Shown: one piece after another, positions 56,928 to 58,172 of the stretch
Position numbering within the stretch: the first letter of the stretch is position 1
Layout of the letters: the number at the start of each line of letters is the position of its first letter
From: Luminiphilus sp.
GTDB taxonomy: Bacteria; Pseudomonadota; Gammaproteobacteria; Pseudomonadales; Halieaceae
Direction: 5' to 3'
Length of the DNA stretch: 58,172 nucleotides
Assembly (NCBI GenBank): GCA_016778045.1
Contig: JADHQG010000001.1
Coordinates: 1-58,172, forward strand
Notes under the pieces: model-generated
What the model was told of the DNA's origin: nothing
What the model saw: the letters and a program-made list of their open reading frames with translations, nothing else
Database searches by the model: none
Made by a program: the position numbers and the translations under genes

Positions 56928-57716
56928 ATGCAAACCAGCACATTGCTTACCGAGCGTCGCGAACGGACGTTTCTCGTCCTCGCAGGTATTTTTCTGTCTG
57001 CGATGACTCTGCTCAATGTTGTCGGGATCACGCGATTTATTCAGCTTGGCCCGCTGGCGCTGGCGGTCGGGGTATTGCCCTATCCCCTGACATTTCTATG
57101 CACCGACTTGATCAGTGAACTATACGGCCGCGGGCGGGCCAACTTTTTGGTCAGCGTGGGTCTGGGCATCAACTTTTTAATTCTGGGTGTGTTGACCTTG
57201 GGCGCCAGCGCACCTGCTGTGCCCGAGGCGGTGATGCCCCCTTGGCAGATACTTCAGCTGGCAGCACCCGTTACGCTACCCAATGGCACAGTGGTGGAGT
57301 CAGAGGTCGGGCTGTTTCAGCTCATTTACGCCACCACCTCGGGCGCTGTCTTTGCCTCCATGATGGCCTACATCGCAGCACAGTACTGCGACGTCCAGCT
57401 CTATCATTTTTGGAAGCGCGTCACCAAAGGCAAACATCTCTGGCTGCGCAACAATTTCAGCACCTTGCTGAGTCAATTGGTGGATTCCGTGATGGTGGTG
57501 ACAGTGACATTTGGCGCCGCGTTCCTAGCCGGCGATATTGCGGTACCCGCTCTTCTGACATTGGTAGGCAGTAACTACGCTTTCAAGGCGCTCTGCGCGT
57601 TGGCTGACACCATACCGCTTTACCTCTTGGTCCATTGGTTGCGCCGCTACTTGCAAATCGCACCCGGAGAGTACGCAACCGATCACGCCGCTAGCGAAGC
57701 AGCGCAGACTGTCTGA
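56928..57716 (+). CDS. yhhQ: Queuosine precursor transporter (YhhQ/Vut_1 family)
   Basis: YPLTFLCTDLISELYG, ASMMAYIAAQYCDV, LWLRNNFSTLLSQLVDS. Confidence 0.9.
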   Translation: MQTSTLLTERRERTFLVLAGIFLSAMTLLNVVGITRFIQLGPLALAVGVLPYPLTFLCTDLISELYGRGRANFLVSVGLGINFLILGVLTLGASAPAVPEAVMPPWQILQLAAPVTLPNGTVVESEVGLFQLIYATTSGAVFASMMAYIAAQYCDVQLYHFWKRVTKGKHLWLRNNFSTLLSQLVDSVMVVTVTFGAAFLAGDIAVPALLTLVGSNYAFKALCALADTIPLYLLVHWLRRYLQIAPGEYATDHAASEAAQTV

Positions 57717-58172
57717 CAAACGGGATGGTAATGGCACGGCCCTCTGCCAAGCTCAACTTGTCCAGCGCATTGATAAATTCCACTACCCGGCGTGGGTTAC
57801 GAGGCAACCTCAGTGCGCAGTAGCGCACCACCTCCTCACCCAGTTGCAAGCCCGCCGCCTCACCTCGCAGACGCAATAAATCAACAATCTGCTCGTCGCT
57901 GAAACGCGGCATTTGGAACACCGGCAAGCTGCCCAGCCTCGAGCGCAGGTCAGGGAGCATGCCTTCTAAGTGCTGGGGCGCTTTACTTGAGGTGACGAGC
58001 AATCTCCCGCCAGACTCCTGACAGAGGTTGAACAGACCAAACAACGCCTCTTGCCATGACGGATTCGTCTCTACACATTCGATATCGTCCAGCGCGATCA
58101 AGTGGGCACGCTCTGCTCCCGCCAACACCTGCTCAGGGGGAAATGCGAGGAATTCATTGAGCGGCAAATAGC
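57691..58172 (-). CDS. hda: DnaA regulatory inactivator Hda, 5' end beyond window
   Basis: LDDIE, EALFGLFN, LPDLRSRL, LDKLSLAEGRAITIPFVR. Confidence 0.92.
   Translation of the reverse strand, partial: YLPLNEFLAFPPEQVLAGAERAHLIALDDIECVETNPSWQEALFGLFNLCQESGGRLLVTSSKAPQHLEGMLPDLRSRLGSLPVFQMPRFSDEQIVDLLRLRGEAAGLQLGEEVVRYCALRLPRNPRRVVEFINALDKLSLAEGRAITIPFVRQSALLR

Overview
58-kb chromosomal window from a gammaproteobacterium. Gene order and protein style suggest a marine OM60/NOR5 (Halieaceae)-like organism, but this is inference only. (1) Positions 1-16.6 kb hold an accessory catabolic cluster: hydantoinase/oxoprolinase A subunit (missed by the ORF track, runs off the left edge), family III CoA-transferase, a nucleophile-less alpha/beta hydrolase, three isochorismatase-family amidases, DMT exporter, TauD dioxygenase, a remodelled 4-hydroxybutyryl-CoA dehydratase homologue, MmgE/PrpD, CitE lyase, GntR/UTRA regulator, MaoC, acyl-CoA dehydrogenase, nitroreductase and HMG-CoA-lyase-like enzyme. 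A palindrome (about AAW-TGTMCGNACA-WTT) occurs in all six promoter regions of this cluster and probably makes it one GntR regulon for an unidentified N-heterocycle or amide feeding a branched dicarboxylyl-CoA pathway. (2) Positions 16.6-58 kb are mostly conserved housekeeping genes: the rpsB-tsf-pyrH-frr-uppS-cdsA-dxr-rseP-bamA-skp-lpxD-fabZ-lpxA-lpxB-rnhB-dnaE superoperon with t44 leader, map-glnD-dapC-nth-dapD-dapE, rsmJ, dapA-bamC, sppA, wrbA, yihY, tlpA and hda. Notable items in this part are an unannotated ~132-nt sigmaE-type sRNA candidate (55519-55388, minus strand), a Glu-type PTPS-III (not QueD) next to SDR-yhhQ, and a Nudix lipoprotein coupled to dnaE. No tRNA, rRNA, CRISPR, integrase or IS was seen. 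Comparisons with reference proteins are from memory and need alignment.
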